A stretch of 64,000 bases of DNA, taken from the NCBI GenBank assembly GCA_963778115.1, contig CAVZSV010000004.1, forward strand, positions 1,312,001 to 1,376,000, written 5' to 3'. This document shows, piece by piece, positions 9,061 to 20,007 of this stretch (its first letter is position 1; each line of letters opens with the position of its first letter). The position numbers were made by a program, and so were the translations under genes. Source of the stretch: an uncultured delta proteobacterium. Its GTDB lineage: Bacteria; Bdellovibrionota; FAC87; UBA2466. The notes under the pieces were generated by a model that saw nothing but the letters and a program-made list of their open reading frames with translations, had not been told where the DNA came from and ran no database searches.

Positions 9061-10095
9061 TCAGAGAATCCCTAGGCTCACCCCAAGATCATCCTTAGAA
9101 AAAAGGCCCTCTTCCTTTAGCTTCCACCAACGCGCAAAGCGAACCAGCCCTTCGTCCAAACTAATTTTGGGACTATAATTTAGTTCTTCTTTGGCTCGAG
9201 AGATATCCAGAGTCTGGGTCCTAGCCATCAACCCTACTCCATAGCGCGTAAGAGGAGGCTCTTCTTGCGGCCTTTTCCATTCATAGAACTTTTCAGTAAC
9301 CGCAGCCGTGGCATAAGCGATAGGGAATGGCATCTTGCGAATTTTCGCTTTAATTCCCAGAGCCGAAAAAAGCTTCGTCACCAAAGAGCCTGAAGTGATG
9401 GGCTCTCCATTAGTAATATTATAAATATTTCCCAATATCTTTTCTGGGCCGGTAACGCATAACAAAAGAGCATCCACGACATTATCGATATACGTGAGAT
9501 CCAAAAACGATTTGCCTCCTCCCACCAGAGGAATGATCCCCTTTTCCCCAGCCCGAATGAGCCGGACCAAAACCGCTTGATCCCCTGGTCCAAAGATCGC
9601 ACGTGGTCGTAACGAGACCGCTTTGAGGCCGGATTTCGCGGCTTCGGCCACTAGTTCGTCAGCCATTTTCTTGGTTGCGGCATAAGCGGTGACGGGTTTC
9701 GGTATAGGCTCAGATTCGCGAATCATCGACCGATGGCGGTAATTGAAATAAAGGCTTGGTGTAGAAAGATAAATGAGACGGGAGACTCTATGTTGAACGC
9801 AACCTTGAATCACATTTTGCGTTCCCAAAACATTTGCGGAATAAAACTTGTCATAAGCACCCCACGGAGAAGCAAGTCCTCCCGAATGAATGACCATATC
9901 CATGTCGGAGCATGCGGAAGCAATCGCTTTACCATTTTCGAGATCAGCCTGAATGAAACGAACCCCGCGGGCCTGAAGGGCTTCACCAATCGCACGGCTT
10001 CGCCCCAAAACAACCACTTCGTTGCCCTCTTTTTTAAGACGGAGGGCGGCGTGCCTTCCCAAAAAACCCGTTCCTCCAGTGACTAGTATCCGCAT
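9061..10095 (-). CDS. Extended SDR, NAD-dependent epimerase/3-beta-HSD (OleD/YbjS-like)
   Basis: Motifs TGGTGFLG, YAATK and LRPRAIFGPGD. Confidence 0.85.
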   Translation of the reverse strand: MRILVTGGTGFLGRHAALRLKKEGNEVVVLGRSRAIGEALQARGVRFIQADLENGKAIASACSDMDMVIHSGGLASPWGAYDKFYSANVLGTQNVIQGCVQHRVSRLIYLSTPSLYFNYRHRSMIRESEPIPKPVTAYAATKKMADELVAEAAKSGLKAVSLRPRAIFGPGDQAVLVRLIRAGEKGIIPLVGGGKSFLDLTYIDNVVDALLLCVTGPEKILGNIYNITNGEPITSGSLVTKLFSALGIKAKIRKMPFPIAYATAAVTEKFYEWKRPQEEPPLTRYGVGLMARTQTLDISRAKEELNYSPKISLDEGLVRFARWWKLKEEGLFSKDDLGVSLGIL

Positions 10096-10178
10096 CAGTC
10101 TTCTTTATCATGATACTGATTGGTGTTAAGCTCAAAATTCGAACTTTCCAAAACCCGATCTCATACATAAAAGTGAAA

Positions 10179-12221
10179 ATGCCCACGCAAAATGATCCTT
10201 TTGAATGGTTGGAGGACGTTAGCGGCGAAAGAGCGCTTAGCTGGGCCCGTAGTCAGAACGAAAAAACCCTCGCTTTTCTCAAACAAAAAGAACGTTTTCC
10301 TTTGATCGAATCTGAAATTAGAAAAATCCTGCTAGCCACCGACCGGCTGCCCATCCCTACCCTTCGTGATGGTTGGGCCTATAATTTCTGGCAAGACAAA
10401 GATCATGTAAGAGGAATTTGGCGACGTACTCCGGTTGAGGAATATGAAAAGCAAAATCCCCAATGGCAAACGCTGCTAGACATCGATGCCCTGGCCAAGA
10501 AAGAAAATGAAAATTGGGTTTGGGCAGGCGCGCATTGCCTGCCTCCCGCTAATGAACGTTGCCTAGTTCATCTTTCTCGCGGCGGAAAAGATGCTTCTGT
10601 CATGAGGGAATACGACCTGAAACATCTCTGTTTTGTCGACGAGGGCTTTGCGTTACCAGAGGCGAAATCCAGAACTAGTTGGAAAGACGAAAATACTTTA
10701 CTGGTGGCGACTGATTTTGGCGAAGGATCTCTTACGACGTCGGGTTACCCTCGAATCGTTAAACTCTGGACTCGCGGAACACCCCTTTCCTCCGCAATGA
10801 CACTTCTTGAGGGAAATGCCACCGATGTTTCAGTAGGAGCGGCTACCGAGTTTCGATCCGAGCGCTCTTATAGTCTAATTTATCGAAGCCTCTCTTTCTT
10901 CGAATCCGAGTTTTGGGTTCTGCAACAGAGCGGCACTCTTCAGAAGCTTCCCTTGCCCATCGATGCCTCATTTCAGGGGTTCTTCCAGGAACAAGTTCTC
11001 ATTAGCCTTCGTTCCGATTGGAAGATAGTTCACAAAACGTTTCGCGCGGGTTCGCTAGTGTCGATATCTCTAGACGAGATAGCTTTGCCAATGGAGAAAC
11101 TTACCCCACAAATCGTTTACGCGCCCGATGCCTCCGCGGCACTAAATAACAGCGTTACCACCAAAAGCGCTCTTTACCTCGCCGTTCTCCAAAATGTACA
11201 GGGAAAGGTCCTGAAAGTGGTCCGGGACGGAGAGGTTTGGCAAACCTTTCAGGTCAATCTGCCCGAAAATGGCGTTGTCGAACTTATCAGTGCAAATGAT
11301 TTTGAAGAAGAGCTCATCGTCCAATATGAGAGTTTTTTGGTTCCTCCCACACTCTATTTGATCGAAGATCCGCTCAAACCTCACTTATTGAAAAGTCTCC
11401 CCGAACGTTTCGATGCTTCCCAAATGGTCACGGAACAGTTCTTCGCCAACAGTGATGACGGCAGTTCGATTCCTTATTTTCTCATTCACAAAAAACAGAT
11501 GTCCTCGTACGGTGACAATCCTACTTATTTGGGTGGCTACGGTGGATTTCAAATTTCACAGACTCCCCATTACTTGAACCAAATGGGAAAGGTCTGGCTG
11601 GAAAAAGGGGGCGTTGTTGCGATCGCCAATATACGAGGAGGAGGAGAGTTCGGACCGCAGTGGCATCAAGCAGCTTTGACCAAGAATCGTCAAAAGGCTT
11701 TTGATGATTTCGCCACGATCGCTAAAGATTTAATTCATCGCAAGATCACTTCCGCCAAACATCTAGGAATTCGCGGCGGCAGTAATGGCGGACTGCTCGT
11801 GGGGGTCGCCTTCACGCAACACCCGGAACTTTATAACGCCGTTCTCTGTGAAGTCCCTCTACTCGATATGCTCCGCTACCATAAGCTGCTGGCGGGAGCG
11901 AGCTGGATCGCCGAATATGGAGACCCAGAAGATCCCACAATGGCTGCGTTTCTAAAAGCCTATTCGCCTTATCAAAATGTCTTGAGGGAGAATAAATATC
12001 CGAAAGTTTTTTTCTACACTTCGACGAAAGACGACAGAGTACATCCGGGTCATGCCAGAAAAATGGCCGCTAAAATGGAATCGCAAGGCCATCCCATTTT
12101 CTATTACGAGAATATCGAAGGAGGACACGGAGGAGCCGCGAATCTGGATCAACAAATTCTAAAAAGTACGATGCAATACACTTACCTCTTCGAACAACTA
12201 TTTCCGAAACACAAACCCTGA
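10179..12221 (+). CDS. Prolyl oligopeptidase (S9A)
   Basis: DPFEWLED start, NIRGGGEFG, GGSNGG nucleophile, DDRVHP and GGHG. The ATG at 10179 was chosen over 10110. Confidence 0.93.
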   Translation: MPTQNDPFEWLEDVSGERALSWARSQNEKTLAFLKQKERFPLIESEIRKILLATDRLPIPTLRDGWAYNFWQDKDHVRGIWRRTPVEEYEKQNPQWQTLLDIDALAKKENENWVWAGAHCLPPANERCLVHLSRGGKDASVMREYDLKHLCFVDEGFALPEAKSRTSWKDENTLLVATDFGEGSLTTSGYPRIVKLWTRGTPLSSAMTLLEGNATDVSVGAATEFRSERSYSLIYRSLSFFESEFWVLQQSGTLQKLPLPIDASFQGFFQEQVLISLRSDWKIVHKTFRAGSLVSISLDEIALPMEKLTPQIVYAPDASAALNNSVTTKSALYLAVLQNVQGKVLKVVRDGEVWQTFQVNLPENGVVELISANDFEEELIVQYESFLVPPTLYLIEDPLKPHLLKSLPERFDASQMVTEQFFANSDDGSSIPYFLIHKKQMSSYGDNPTYLGGYGGFQISQTPHYLNQMGKVWLEKGGVVAIANIRGGGEFGPQWHQAALTKNRQKAFDDFATIAKDLIHRKITSAKHLGIRGGSNGGLLVGVAFTQHPELYNAVLCEVPLLDMLRYHKLLAGASWIAEYGDPEDPTMAAFLKAYSPYQNVLRENKYPKVFFYTSTKDDRVHPGHARKMAAKMESQGHPIFYYENIEGGHGGAANLDQQILKSTMQYTYLFEQLFPKHKP

Positions 12222-12424
12222 TCTCTATTTTCAATTTTCAATTTTCGATTTTCTAGATTTCGCGAACGCAAAATATTACGTGGCGCGTTACTCGATTTGT
12301 TGGCACAACCATTTTCAACTTCCCAATCTCCTCAGACCATATTAGAGATTGAAGTGTGGGACTCCTCTGGGGTTGGGGACTCCTGTAACTTCTCTCAGTT
12401 CGAGAAAATAGTCCGGGAAAATTC

Positions 12425-13183
12425 ATGAAATTCATTAGCCTGTTTTTGACGGGTCTTCTCTTTTCTATGTCCGCTCCGGCACTTCCAAGCCATTTGGATG
12501 ATATCCGCAAGGTGGGCGTCCTACATGCGGCCACCGAAGGAGCCTTCCCTCCCTTTAACTTCTTTAAGGGCAAGGACCTTGTCGGATTCGAAGTCGATTT
12601 GACCAACGAAATAGGCAAACGAATGGGGCTTAAGGTCGACTGGCGGACCTACTCCTTTGACTCACTGCTAATCGGACTTGAAGAGCACCGTTACGACGTG
12701 GTTGCCGCTTCGCATGCCATCACTCCAGAAAGAGCGAAAGCGGTGGATTTCGCTAATCCTCACTATTGCACTGGTGGTGTGCTCTTAACCAAGGCCGGCG
12801 GCCCGCTAAGCACTCGTGAGCTTGCGAGCAAAGTGGTCGCGGTCGGTGTAGGAACGAGTTACGCCCAATATCTCTCGGCTCAAAAAGGAGTTACGGTCAG
12901 AACGTATCCAAAAGATCTGGACGCCATTCAAGCGCTCATTGCTGGAAATGTAGATGCGATGATGACCGATAAGTTTTCTATCTTGGACTTGAAAAAGCAG
13001 GGCAAACTTCCAGGTCTTAAATACAGCGGCATTGTGGAATATGAAAAAGTGGCCATCGCGGTTCCCAAGAATGAACCTCAACTTCTTGCGGCTCTCAACG
13101 CGGGTTTACAAAAAACTCTTGACGATGGCACTTACGCTAAATTGAGCAACAAATATTTTGGTGAGGACATTCGCTGCAAATAG
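12425..13183 (+). CDS. Polar amino-acid ABC transporter substrate-binding protein
   Basis: Signal peptide plus motifs FPPFNF, GFEVDL and ITPERAKAVDF. Confidence 0.92.
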   Translation: MKFISLFLTGLLFSMSAPALPSHLDDIRKVGVLHAATEGAFPPFNFFKGKDLVGFEVDLTNEIGKRMGLKVDWRTYSFDSLLIGLEEHRYDVVAASHAITPERAKAVDFANPHYCTGGVLLTKAGGPLSTRELASKVVAVGVGTSYAQYLSAQKGVTVRTYPKDLDAIQALIAGNVDAMMTDKFSILDLKKQGKLPGLKYSGIVEYEKVAIAVPKNEPQLLAALNAGLQKTLDDGTYAKLSNKYFGEDIRCK

Positions 13184-13198
13184 AGCGAAAGTGTCTGG

Positions 13199-14053
13199 AT
13201 GAGGACTTCAAAAACGCCCGGGAAAAAGACTGGTGCGCCTGGTGAACTAGCGCGAGTCCTACTTTTCTTGGTGGCTTGCGCTCTTGGCTTTTGGGTCTTC
13301 TTCATCACTCTCACCAAAATTCTCCGTTACATGCCAGAACCTATCGGTTCCCGGGCCGAGCTGTTTTCTTCGGGTGCCCAACAGACTCTTCTCCTTACGT
13401 TGGCCGCTGGAATTTTTGGCCTCATCGCGGGAGTTCTGGCAGGTCTAGGCAAACTTAGCAAGCGAGCATGGATACGAACTCCCACCGATTTCTATGTCTG
13501 GATAATGCGCGGAACCCCTTTACTGGTGCAGATCCTTTTCGTCTATTATGCGGTCCCCTCCATTCTGCAGGGTCTGGTGACCTCGTTGGGAGCTGTATTT
13601 CCCAACTACGTCTCGGTCGAAAGTCTGATGCCGTGGACGAGACTCGGTGAATTTGGAGCCGCCTGCTTAGCGTTGGCTTTGAATGTCGGTGCCTATAACG
13701 CTGAAGTCATCCGAGCTGGAGTTCTAGCCGTTCCCAGGGGGCAACGAGAGGCCGCGGAGAGTTTAGGGCTTTCGGGAACTCAAACGATGCGATGGGTGAT
13801 TCTTCCGCAGGCCATTCGTATCGTAATCCCTCCTTTAGTAAATAATATCGTGGCGCTTTTAAAAGACAGCTCTCTTGCTTCGACTATCGGACTCTTGGAG
13901 TTGAGCCTTGCGGGAAATCGAATCTCAAGCGAAACGTTTCTACCGGTTCCCGTCCTTACTACCGTCGCCTGCATTTATCTCGCTCTGACTACCGCTCTTT
14001 CGATCATCACTACCTTCCTTGAAAAGCGTCTTGCCGTCGGGAGGCGAAATTAA
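13199..14053 (+). CDS. Polar amino-acid ABC transporter permease
   Basis: Motifs [28 protein letters not shown] (EAA loop) and LKDSSL. Confidence 0.93.
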   Translation: MRTSKTPGKKTGAPGELARVLLFLVACALGFWVFFITLTKILRYMPEPIGSRAELFSSGAQQTLLLTLAAGIFGLIAGVLAGLGKLSKRAWIRTPTDFYVWIMRGTPLLVQILFVYYAVPSILQGLVTSLGAVFPNYVSVESLMPWTRLGEFGAACLALALNVGAYNAEVIRAGVLAVPRGQREAAESLGLSGTQTMRWVILPQAIRIVIPPLVNNIVALLKDSSLASTIGLLELSLAGNRISSETFLPVPVLTTVACIYLALTTALSIITTFLEKRLAVGRRN

Positions 14054-14814
14054 TGGCTCGAAGTACTGCTAAAGATTCCTCGGTCCCCATGGTAGTCGCC
14101 AAGGACGTACACAAACACTATGGTGAGTTTCATGCGCTAAAGGGAGTTTCTCTCGAAGTAGCGCGGGGTGAAGTGGTCGTTGTCGTTGGGCCTTCGGGTT
14201 CAGGGAAATCTACCTTCATTCGCAGTATCAATCTACTTGAGCCCTACCAATCGGGTGAGATTCTAGTCGAAAACATTAAAGTAGAACCCGGCCCTAACCT
14301 GCGGCAAATTCGACAAGAGGTGGGGATGGTTTTTCAGAGCTTTAACCTTTTCCCTCATCTTACGGTTATCGAAAACATCACTCTGGCTCCAAAGAAAGTA
14401 GCAAGGGTTCAGGAAGAGGATGCGATACGCCTTGCTCGCGAGTTACTCCAACGCGTCGGACTGTCTGCTCATGCCGATAAATTTCCCGATGAACTCTCCG
14501 GCGGCCAACAGCAGCGAGTGGCTATTGCTCGTGCCCTTGCCATGCAACCCAAAGTGATGCTCTTTGACGAGCCCACCAGTGCCCTTGACCCCGAGATGAT
14601 CGCCGAAGTCTTGGCGGTAATGAAAGAATTGGCCAAATCCGGAATGACCATGCTCGTGGTCACCCATGAGATGGGCTTTGCCCGCGAAGTTGCCGATCGC
14701 GTGGTGTTTTTCGACGAAGGTAGGATTGTCGAAGCGACTACTCCGGCAAAGTTCTTTGAAAGTCCCAGCCACGAAAGAAGCAAACTCTTCTTGAGCCAAA
14801 TTCTCAAAAGGTAG
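14053..14814 (+). CDS. Polar amino-acid ABC transporter ATP-binding protein (GlnQ-like)
   Basis: Motifs [18 protein letters not shown] and [11 protein letters not shown]. Confidence 0.95.
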   Translation: MARSTAKDSSVPMVVAKDVHKHYGEFHALKGVSLEVARGEVVVVVGPSGSGKSTFIRSINLLEPYQSGEILVENIKVEPGPNLRQIRQEVGMVFQSFNLFPHLTVIENITLAPKKVARVQEEDAIRLARELLQRVGLSAHADKFPDELSGGQQQRVAIARALAMQPKVMLFDEPTSALDPEMIAEVLAVMKELAKSGMTMLVVTHEMGFAREVADRVVFFDEGRIVEATTPAKFFESPSHERSKLFLSQILKR

Positions 14815-14933
14815 CCGCTACTCTCTGCCTACCGCCTCTGGACGGTCCTCCCGGAAGCCCTATTCCTTGTCTTTACAAGGGACGGCTCTTATGATGAACA
14901 GAATAAGGGACATTGGGTTAAGGGGGTTGGGGC

Positions 14934-15317
14934 ATGTCAACGATAGAACTTCGGATTCCTCTCACACCAAGCTTAAAAGAACCGGTGAAGCGCTGGATCG
15001 ATCGTTTCACCCTCATGGAGCCACACTGGACGGAGTATCCCAGTGTGGAAAAGGATGAATTGCGCATAGGCTGTTTATGCTTTCCTTTCTTTCTAGCCTA
15101 CGCCGATGAAAGCGAGTCAAACGAGTTCGATCTGCACCGCCTAAAGAAGCTAGGGGAATGGGGAATCAAGCTTCGTCTGAAAGACGAATACTCCTCTTCC
15201 CGACGCAACTACTTCGAACAGGCGCTTAACAATCTGAAATATATTCGAGTAGGCGAATTCTTAGTGAGCACCGCTACGGACGAGAGCGTTCGCGAAAATG
15301 CTGGGCCGAAAGGCTAA
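14934..15317 (+). CDS. Hypothetical protein
   Basis: 127-aa ORF with a G-rich RBS that fills the gap between neighbouring genes. Confidence 0.55.
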   Translation: MSTIELRIPLTPSLKEPVKRWIDRFTLMEPHWTEYPSVEKDELRIGCLCFPFFLAYADESESNEFDLHRLKKLGEWGIKLRLKDEYSSSRRNYFEQALNNLKYIRVGEFLVSTATDESVRENAGPKG

Positions 15318-15323
15318 AGCCCT

Positions 15324-16031
15324 TCATCCGTTGGTATAGACCACGAACGCCGCACTGGTACCCACTTGGTTGCACCCATAGGCAATCCTAGCGTATCCCT
15401 GCTCGCCCCATGCCGAGCCCCACATGTTTCGAATGATCCAGTATCCGCCGGCGTCGTCCCAGCCCACGATGCTCACCAGATGGTTTATGCCTTGGCTAGA
15501 ATCGCATTGATTGAACACACCGCTGGAATAACTCGAAAAGGCTTCACTCGCGTAAATACCCGCCGTGATGGGCCCGTATTGTAAGAGTGCCGTTTTGATG
15601 GCTTCCGTATTCGCCATTGCCTCGGAGTTGGCGGGATCGGCGTAACCCCAACTAGTCGCTTTCCGAAAGATGGGAACTGATTTGCAAGTTTCGTCAGTAC
15701 CCGTGTAAGGATAATCGCTTTCCAAAACCACCCCATTGGAAACGACAAAGGGAGTAGCGTCCCAACCTCCTTCACAGGAACTTCCAGCGGAATCGCAATC
15801 TAGAATGAATTGTTCACTCAATGTTACTTGCAGCCCCTCTTGCTTGAAAATGGCATACTCCATCGCGGTGTTAGCGGGAAATGCCCACGTCGAGCCACAC
15901 TGGCCTTCGTTCTTTACGGGACGTAACGCTCCCGGAGTGTCCCTTAGATCATAGTGCGCAGGAAGCGGCGTTGAAGCCGCGAAAGCAACAGCATGAATGG
16001 AAAAATAGGTCGCTAGTAATAGACGAAGCAT
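15324..16031 (-). CDS. Secreted papain-like (C1A) protein with catalytic Cys replaced by Thr
   Basis: Motifs LPAHYDLR, KNEGQCGSTWAF, LSEQFILDC, NHLVSIVGW and WIIRNMWG..WGEQGY. Confidence 0.85.
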   Translation of the reverse strand: MLRLLLATYFSIHAVAFAASTPLPAHYDLRDTPGALRPVKNEGQCGSTWAFPANTAMEYAIFKQEGLQVTLSEQFILDCDSAGSSCEGGWDATPFVVSNGVVLESDYPYTGTDETCKSVPIFRKATSWGYADPANSEAMANTEAIKTALLQYGPITAGIYASEAFSSYSSGVFNQCDSSQGINHLVSIVGWDDAGGYWIIRNMWGSAWGEQGYARIAYGCNQVGTSAAFVVYTNG

Positions 16032-16142
16032 GGCGAGTCTCCTGGTTGCGGGTTTCTTTTACTTTAGCGCCTATAGAAAACCGTTGAAGTGAAGGCGCAT
16101 AAAGGTGTTAGCAAAAGTTACCTTGGAGTCTCGAGATAGGGA

Positions 16143-17144
16143 TTACTTTGTCTGTGGTTCAAAAAACAGACGTCTAAATTCGAACGGGAGTTCTTTCGCT
16201 TTTCCAGTCATGGTCGAACGCACCATCAGTCTCACATCTCCCGAGGCGTGAACCGTCTCCTCGCCAGGAACATCGGTCTGGCCGCTTAGCGTTTCGAAAT
16301 GAATGACTAGTTCTCTGCCTCCATTTTCCACTGAGGTAACCCAAGAACGAGTCACGACGTTGCCTAGACCCGTGATAGGCAACAACACCGACATCTTTAA
16401 GTTCCCAATCGCAAAACCAGTCTGGAAATTCCGGAAGTAGATTGGATCAGCATCAAATCTAGCGATAGATTGATTCCATCGGTTGGCTACAAAAAGAGAG
16501 ACATACCCGCCGGGATGCAACTCACCGGCCATGGGTCCCAATTGTTGCCACTGCACTCCCTCGGTATCTTCGTAGACCACGGGCACTCCATATCCGGGAA
16601 TGGCTACTTTCGGAAGATCCTCCGCGGAATGGTAAAACTGCTGCGAAAAGATCATGAAACGGTTAGAGAAAGTGATGCTACCAAAAGCGTAGCTCCGATT
16701 GGTTTGGGCGTCTGAAATCCGAAATCCGATCAGGGCAGTCCTTTCCATATTCGACAATACGGGCTTTTCAATGCTCACCTTGATGTTTCCTAGCTTCGTG
16801 ATAGGCCACGCAAAAGTGATATCGAAATCGGAAGCCACCAGGCGATTGATCACCGAACAGCTCTTGGACTCTAATCCCTGATCGTGGCAAGATTGGGTAA
16901 TAGCGGAAGTAACCCAATTTAAATAACGGCTGGAATTCACGTGATCAAAAGGGTCGAAATCGCTCCCTAGAACGGAGAGTTGAACTTCAGAAGCCTTAAG
17001 GCCCTTTGCTTTAATCTTGTCAAAACAGAAGGGTTGGCCCGAGGCTAAAGGCATCAGCCCGAGGAGGGAGAAAAAACAGAAACTCCTTAAAAACCAAGCC
17101 TGTAGCTGATTTCCGAGGGCTTCTCCTACTATCCCTTTGATCAT
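16143..17144 (-). CDS. Putative exported double hot-dog thioesterase-like protein
   Basis: SDFDPFDHVNSSRYLNW motif. The length fits two hot-dog domains, and the N-terminus is hydrophobic. Confidence 0.6.
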   Translation of the reverse strand: MIKGIVGEALGNQLQAWFLRSFCFFSLLGLMPLASGQPFCFDKIKAKGLKASEVQLSVLGSDFDPFDHVNSSRYLNWVTSAITQSCHDQGLESKSCSVINRLVASDFDITFAWPITKLGNIKVSIEKPVLSNMERTALIGFRISDAQTNRSYAFGSITFSNRFMIFSQQFYHSAEDLPKVAIPGYGVPVVYEDTEGVQWQQLGPMAGELHPGGYVSLFVANRWNQSIARFDADPIYFRNFQTGFAIGNLKMSVLLPITGLGNVVTRSWVTSVENGGRELVIHFETLSGQTDVPGEETVHASGDVRLMVRSTMTGKAKELPFEFRRLFFEPQTK

Positions 17145-17251
17145 AAGGTGCCTATACCACGAATAGGCTGGGCTTCATAATTTTTACTCTGCCGCTTTCC
17201 CCTGACAGCCCCAACTCGACAGGAAGGACCACCTTAGCTACACTAAGCAGG

Positions 17252-17626
17252 ATGAAATCGCAGAGTAAAACGAAGATGGGGAAGAAAAAAATTTCCGATC
17301 GGCTAGCAAGACTCCGAGACCTGAATCGATGGGTTTCTGCCGGAGACACTACCCTCAAAGACTTCGATCTTCTTGGAATACAGACGGTTGAAGAGCTAGC
17401 CCATAGCGACGCCAAAGAACTCTTTGATAAATTGTGCCTCTTAAAAGGAGAAAAACTCGATCCTTGCTGTGAAGAGGTTCTTAGAATTGCCGTGGCTGAG
17501 GCGAGAGCGCCAAAAGGGGGAGCAAGAGTCCGAGCTTCGTTACGCTCGTTAGGCCCTTTAAGATCGGCCCATGCGCTCGTGTCGTTGCAGAACCAGTCCC
17601 AGAAGACCTCCAAGACCCGCCATTAA
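17252..17626 (+). CDS. Helix-hairpin-helix Cdd1/mitomycin-resistance-like protein
   Basis: DFDLLGIQTVEELAHSDAKELFDKLC...LDPCCEEVLRIAVAEA. Confidence 0.65.
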   Translation: MKSQSKTKMGKKKISDRLARLRDLNRWVSAGDTTLKDFDLLGIQTVEELAHSDAKELFDKLCLLKGEKLDPCCEEVLRIAVAEARAPKGGARVRASLRSLGPLRSAHALVSLQNQSQKTSKTRH

Positions 17627-17956
17627 TAACGATCGGAGTAGGTCAGAGAAAGAAGTGCCGATTCCAAAAAGAGTAAGACCTACAATCCTACAGAGAAGCC
17701 ATCCCAGAAATACGAGGGCAAAACTTTCGGCAGGCCCAACTTTACGATGGTAGCCGTGAATCCAAACCGCGCCGAAAGCCACAGCCAAGGGAAAGCTCCA
17801 AATTGAAGTCAGGGCCGCGACGTGCATCAGCGTAAAAAGAATCCCTAATAGCGAGGGAAGAACTACCACCATCTTCGCACTTCCCCGGGCGGAGTAAGGA
17901 ACGAACCAGGTAAAGAACATGCGGTGAGGAACCCGGTACTTCATCAGAGAACTCAT
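17558..17956 (-). CDS. Small membrane protein
   Basis: About 4 hydrophobic segments. ATGA coupling to the upstream M20 gene. Confidence 0.6.
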   Translation of the reverse strand: MSSLMKYRVPHRMFFTWFVPYSARGSAKMVVVLPSLLGILFTLMHVAALTSIWSFPLAVAFGAVWIHGYHRKVGPAESFALVFLGWLLCRIVGLTLFGIGTSFSDLLRSLLMAGLGGLLGLVLQRHERMGRS

Positions 17957-19146
17957 CTTAACTTCAAGGTTTTATTCACATGATTGAGAAAACGAGTGAG
18001 TGCTTCCGCTCTCGTGTACAAAGAGGATATCTTAACGAATTCGTTAACAGTGTGCATCCCTCCTCCCACGGGGCCCAATCCATCTATAATGATTAGCCCC
18101 TCACGACTCATTCCATTGGAATCCGCAGCTCCGCCGGATCGCTCGCTTTGGAAAGTCTTCCCTTCCAACTCTTTCAAAGTATCAAGATAGGCCTTAAGAA
18201 AAGGAACCGCGGAAGGCTGTCGGGTAAATGCCGGACAATCATTATCGATCCGAAATCGAGTCTTAGACGGCCGTTTCCCTTCATACGACTTCACGTTTAC
18301 TTTCTTTAAAATAGCCACAACCTTCTTATGAAGCGCGTCGGCCGATTTGCGATCGGTAAATCGGGCATCTATTTTGGCGCAAGCGTTTGCGCACACGACA
18401 TTATACTTATCGCTCCCCCCCGAAAGCGAAGCGATGCTAACGGTAACCTCTTTTTTATAATCGGTGAGACGCTGTAACTTATCGAGCTTTATCGCCAGCT
18501 CATGGCCGGCGTTAATCCCTTTATGGTGGGCTCGACCCGCGTGCGCCGCCTTGCCTTCGACCTCGATGTGATACCAGCGATTTCCCCGGCGGCTATGGAT
18601 GATCGAGCCGTTATCGAGCGCCGGTTCGAACCCAAGCACTATCGCAGAGTCCTTACCGTATTGCGAAAATCCACTCCAATAACCATGAGAACCGGTCTCT
18701 TCACTGGGAGCACATACCAACCGAATCGAAAAATTGGGACTTTCTTTGGCTAAGAAATTTTGCACGCCTTTAATAGCGACGATAATCCCCCCCTTATCAT
18801 CTATGACGCCCGGGCCTACCGCCGTTGCTCCGTCGTGAGAGAGGGTAAAATTCTGGAAAGCAGATTTCGGCTCGAAAACGGTGTCCGCGTGGCAAACGAG
18901 GGTTACAAACTTTTGGTATTTTCCGATTATCGTACCGACTAATAGCTCCGCCGAAAGATTGGACCCGTCGGGATTGGGAATAAGGCGTGTCTGAAAGCCC
19001 AGTTTTTCTAATTCAGGCCTAATGACCCGTTGGATCTCATTCACCCCTGCTATGTTGGAGGTGCCTGAGTTGATTTCGACCAGTCGTTTAAGCAGCTCGA
19101 CGCGATCATCAGTGGAATAGACATATTTCGAAGCCATAGCGGCCAT
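17953..19146 (-). CDS. M20 metallopeptidase (glutamate carboxypeptidase-like)
   Basis: Motifs CHADTVF, GPGVIDDKGG, SEETGS, GKAAHAG and GGGMHTVNE. Confidence 0.9.
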   Translation of the reverse strand: MAAMASKYVYSTDDRVELLKRLVEINSGTSNIAGVNEIQRVIRPELEKLGFQTRLIPNPDGSNLSAELLVGTIIGKYQKFVTLVCHADTVFEPKSAFQNFTLSHDGATAVGPGVIDDKGGIIVAIKGVQNFLAKESPNFSIRLVCAPSEETGSHGYWSGFSQYGKDSAIVLGFEPALDNGSIIHSRRGNRWYHIEVEGKAAHAGRAHHKGINAGHELAIKLDKLQRLTDYKKEVTVSIASLSGGSDKYNVVCANACAKIDARFTDRKSADALHKKVVAILKKVNVKSYEGKRPSKTRFRIDNDCPAFTRQPSAVPFLKAYLDTLKELEGKTFQSERSGGAADSNGMSREGLIIIDGLGPVGGGMHTVNEFVKISSLYTRAEALTRFLNHVNKTLKLR

Positions 19147-19275
19147 TCTACTACAGGGAACCGCAGGGATGTCATCCTCTCAGCGAACTTTTGACACATC
19201 GACCAATAGGCCAGTCAAACGGGTTAGTTTTATTACCTCGCCCTAGATCGGTTTCTATGTCTAAAATAGCATCCA

Positions 19276-20007
19276 ATGGCGTGGACCTATTATATTTACA
19301 GCTCCCTCACCGTAGAACGAATTCAAGAACTAGAAAGCAAATACTCTGAAGCTTTCTCGAATTTCCTCGAAAAACATCCCGAACTTGCCGATACCGACGA
19401 AAGCACCGGAATGGTTTTCGTGGGATCACTAGTCCCGAGTGTGGACGAAGTCGTAGCCGCGAACGCTGAATTTGAGATCTCCATTCACTCTACGATCCTA
19501 GACCGGCTTAAGGACTGCCGATCGGTTATCGAAATCGAAAATCCCGTATCGCCCGAATCTAGCCGCCTTCAAGTCACTACACTCCGTTTTCTTCTCGAAA
19601 ATTCGGATAAAGCCATCATGGACTGGGGAGACTATCAACTACAGTTATCCGAGAAAGCACTTGCTAAGATAAAGGGCCTGGATAGTTTTGGAGAAATGGG
19701 AGCTAGCTCCTCTGGTTCGAAAGCTCCAGCTGCTCCGGTGAAAGAGGCCCCGGGAGAATTTCGCGCCAAACATATCGTCCACCTTTTTCACATGGCGGAA
19801 GAGAACCACGAGCTAGCCATCGATCTTCAGAAAATGATCACCCGTCAACCGGAGCCGATTCAAAAGTACCTGGCCCATCTCTTCAGCCATGGACCGATGG
19901 GAGATGCAGAGGCCGCCAAGGGGCTAGCAATACCGGCAAAGACTCTGACGTCTTTGATGCCAGCATTAGAGAAGGCGCTGGCCGCGATTGTGGATGATGA
20001 TGAATAA
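19276..20007 (+). CDS. Hypothetical protein, possible C-terminal HTH
   Basis: 243-aa ORF. The C-terminal DAEAAKGLAIPAKTL segment is HTH-like. Confidence 0.7.
   Translation: MAWTYYIYSSLTVERIQELESKYSEAFSNFLEKHPELADTDESTGMVFVGSLVPSVDEVVAANAEFEISIHSTILDRLKDCRSVIEIENPVSPESSRLQVTTLRFLLENSDKAIMDWGDYQLQLSEKALAKIKGLDSFGEMGASSSGSKAPAAPVKEAPGEFRAKHIVHLFHMAEENHELAIDLQKMITRQPEPIQKYLAHLFSHGPMGDAEAAKGLAIPAKTLTSLMPALEKALAAIVDDDE

Noticed and set aside
12301..12317. TGGCAC as a sigma-54 -24 box
   Set aside because: There is no TTGC -12 element at the required spacing.
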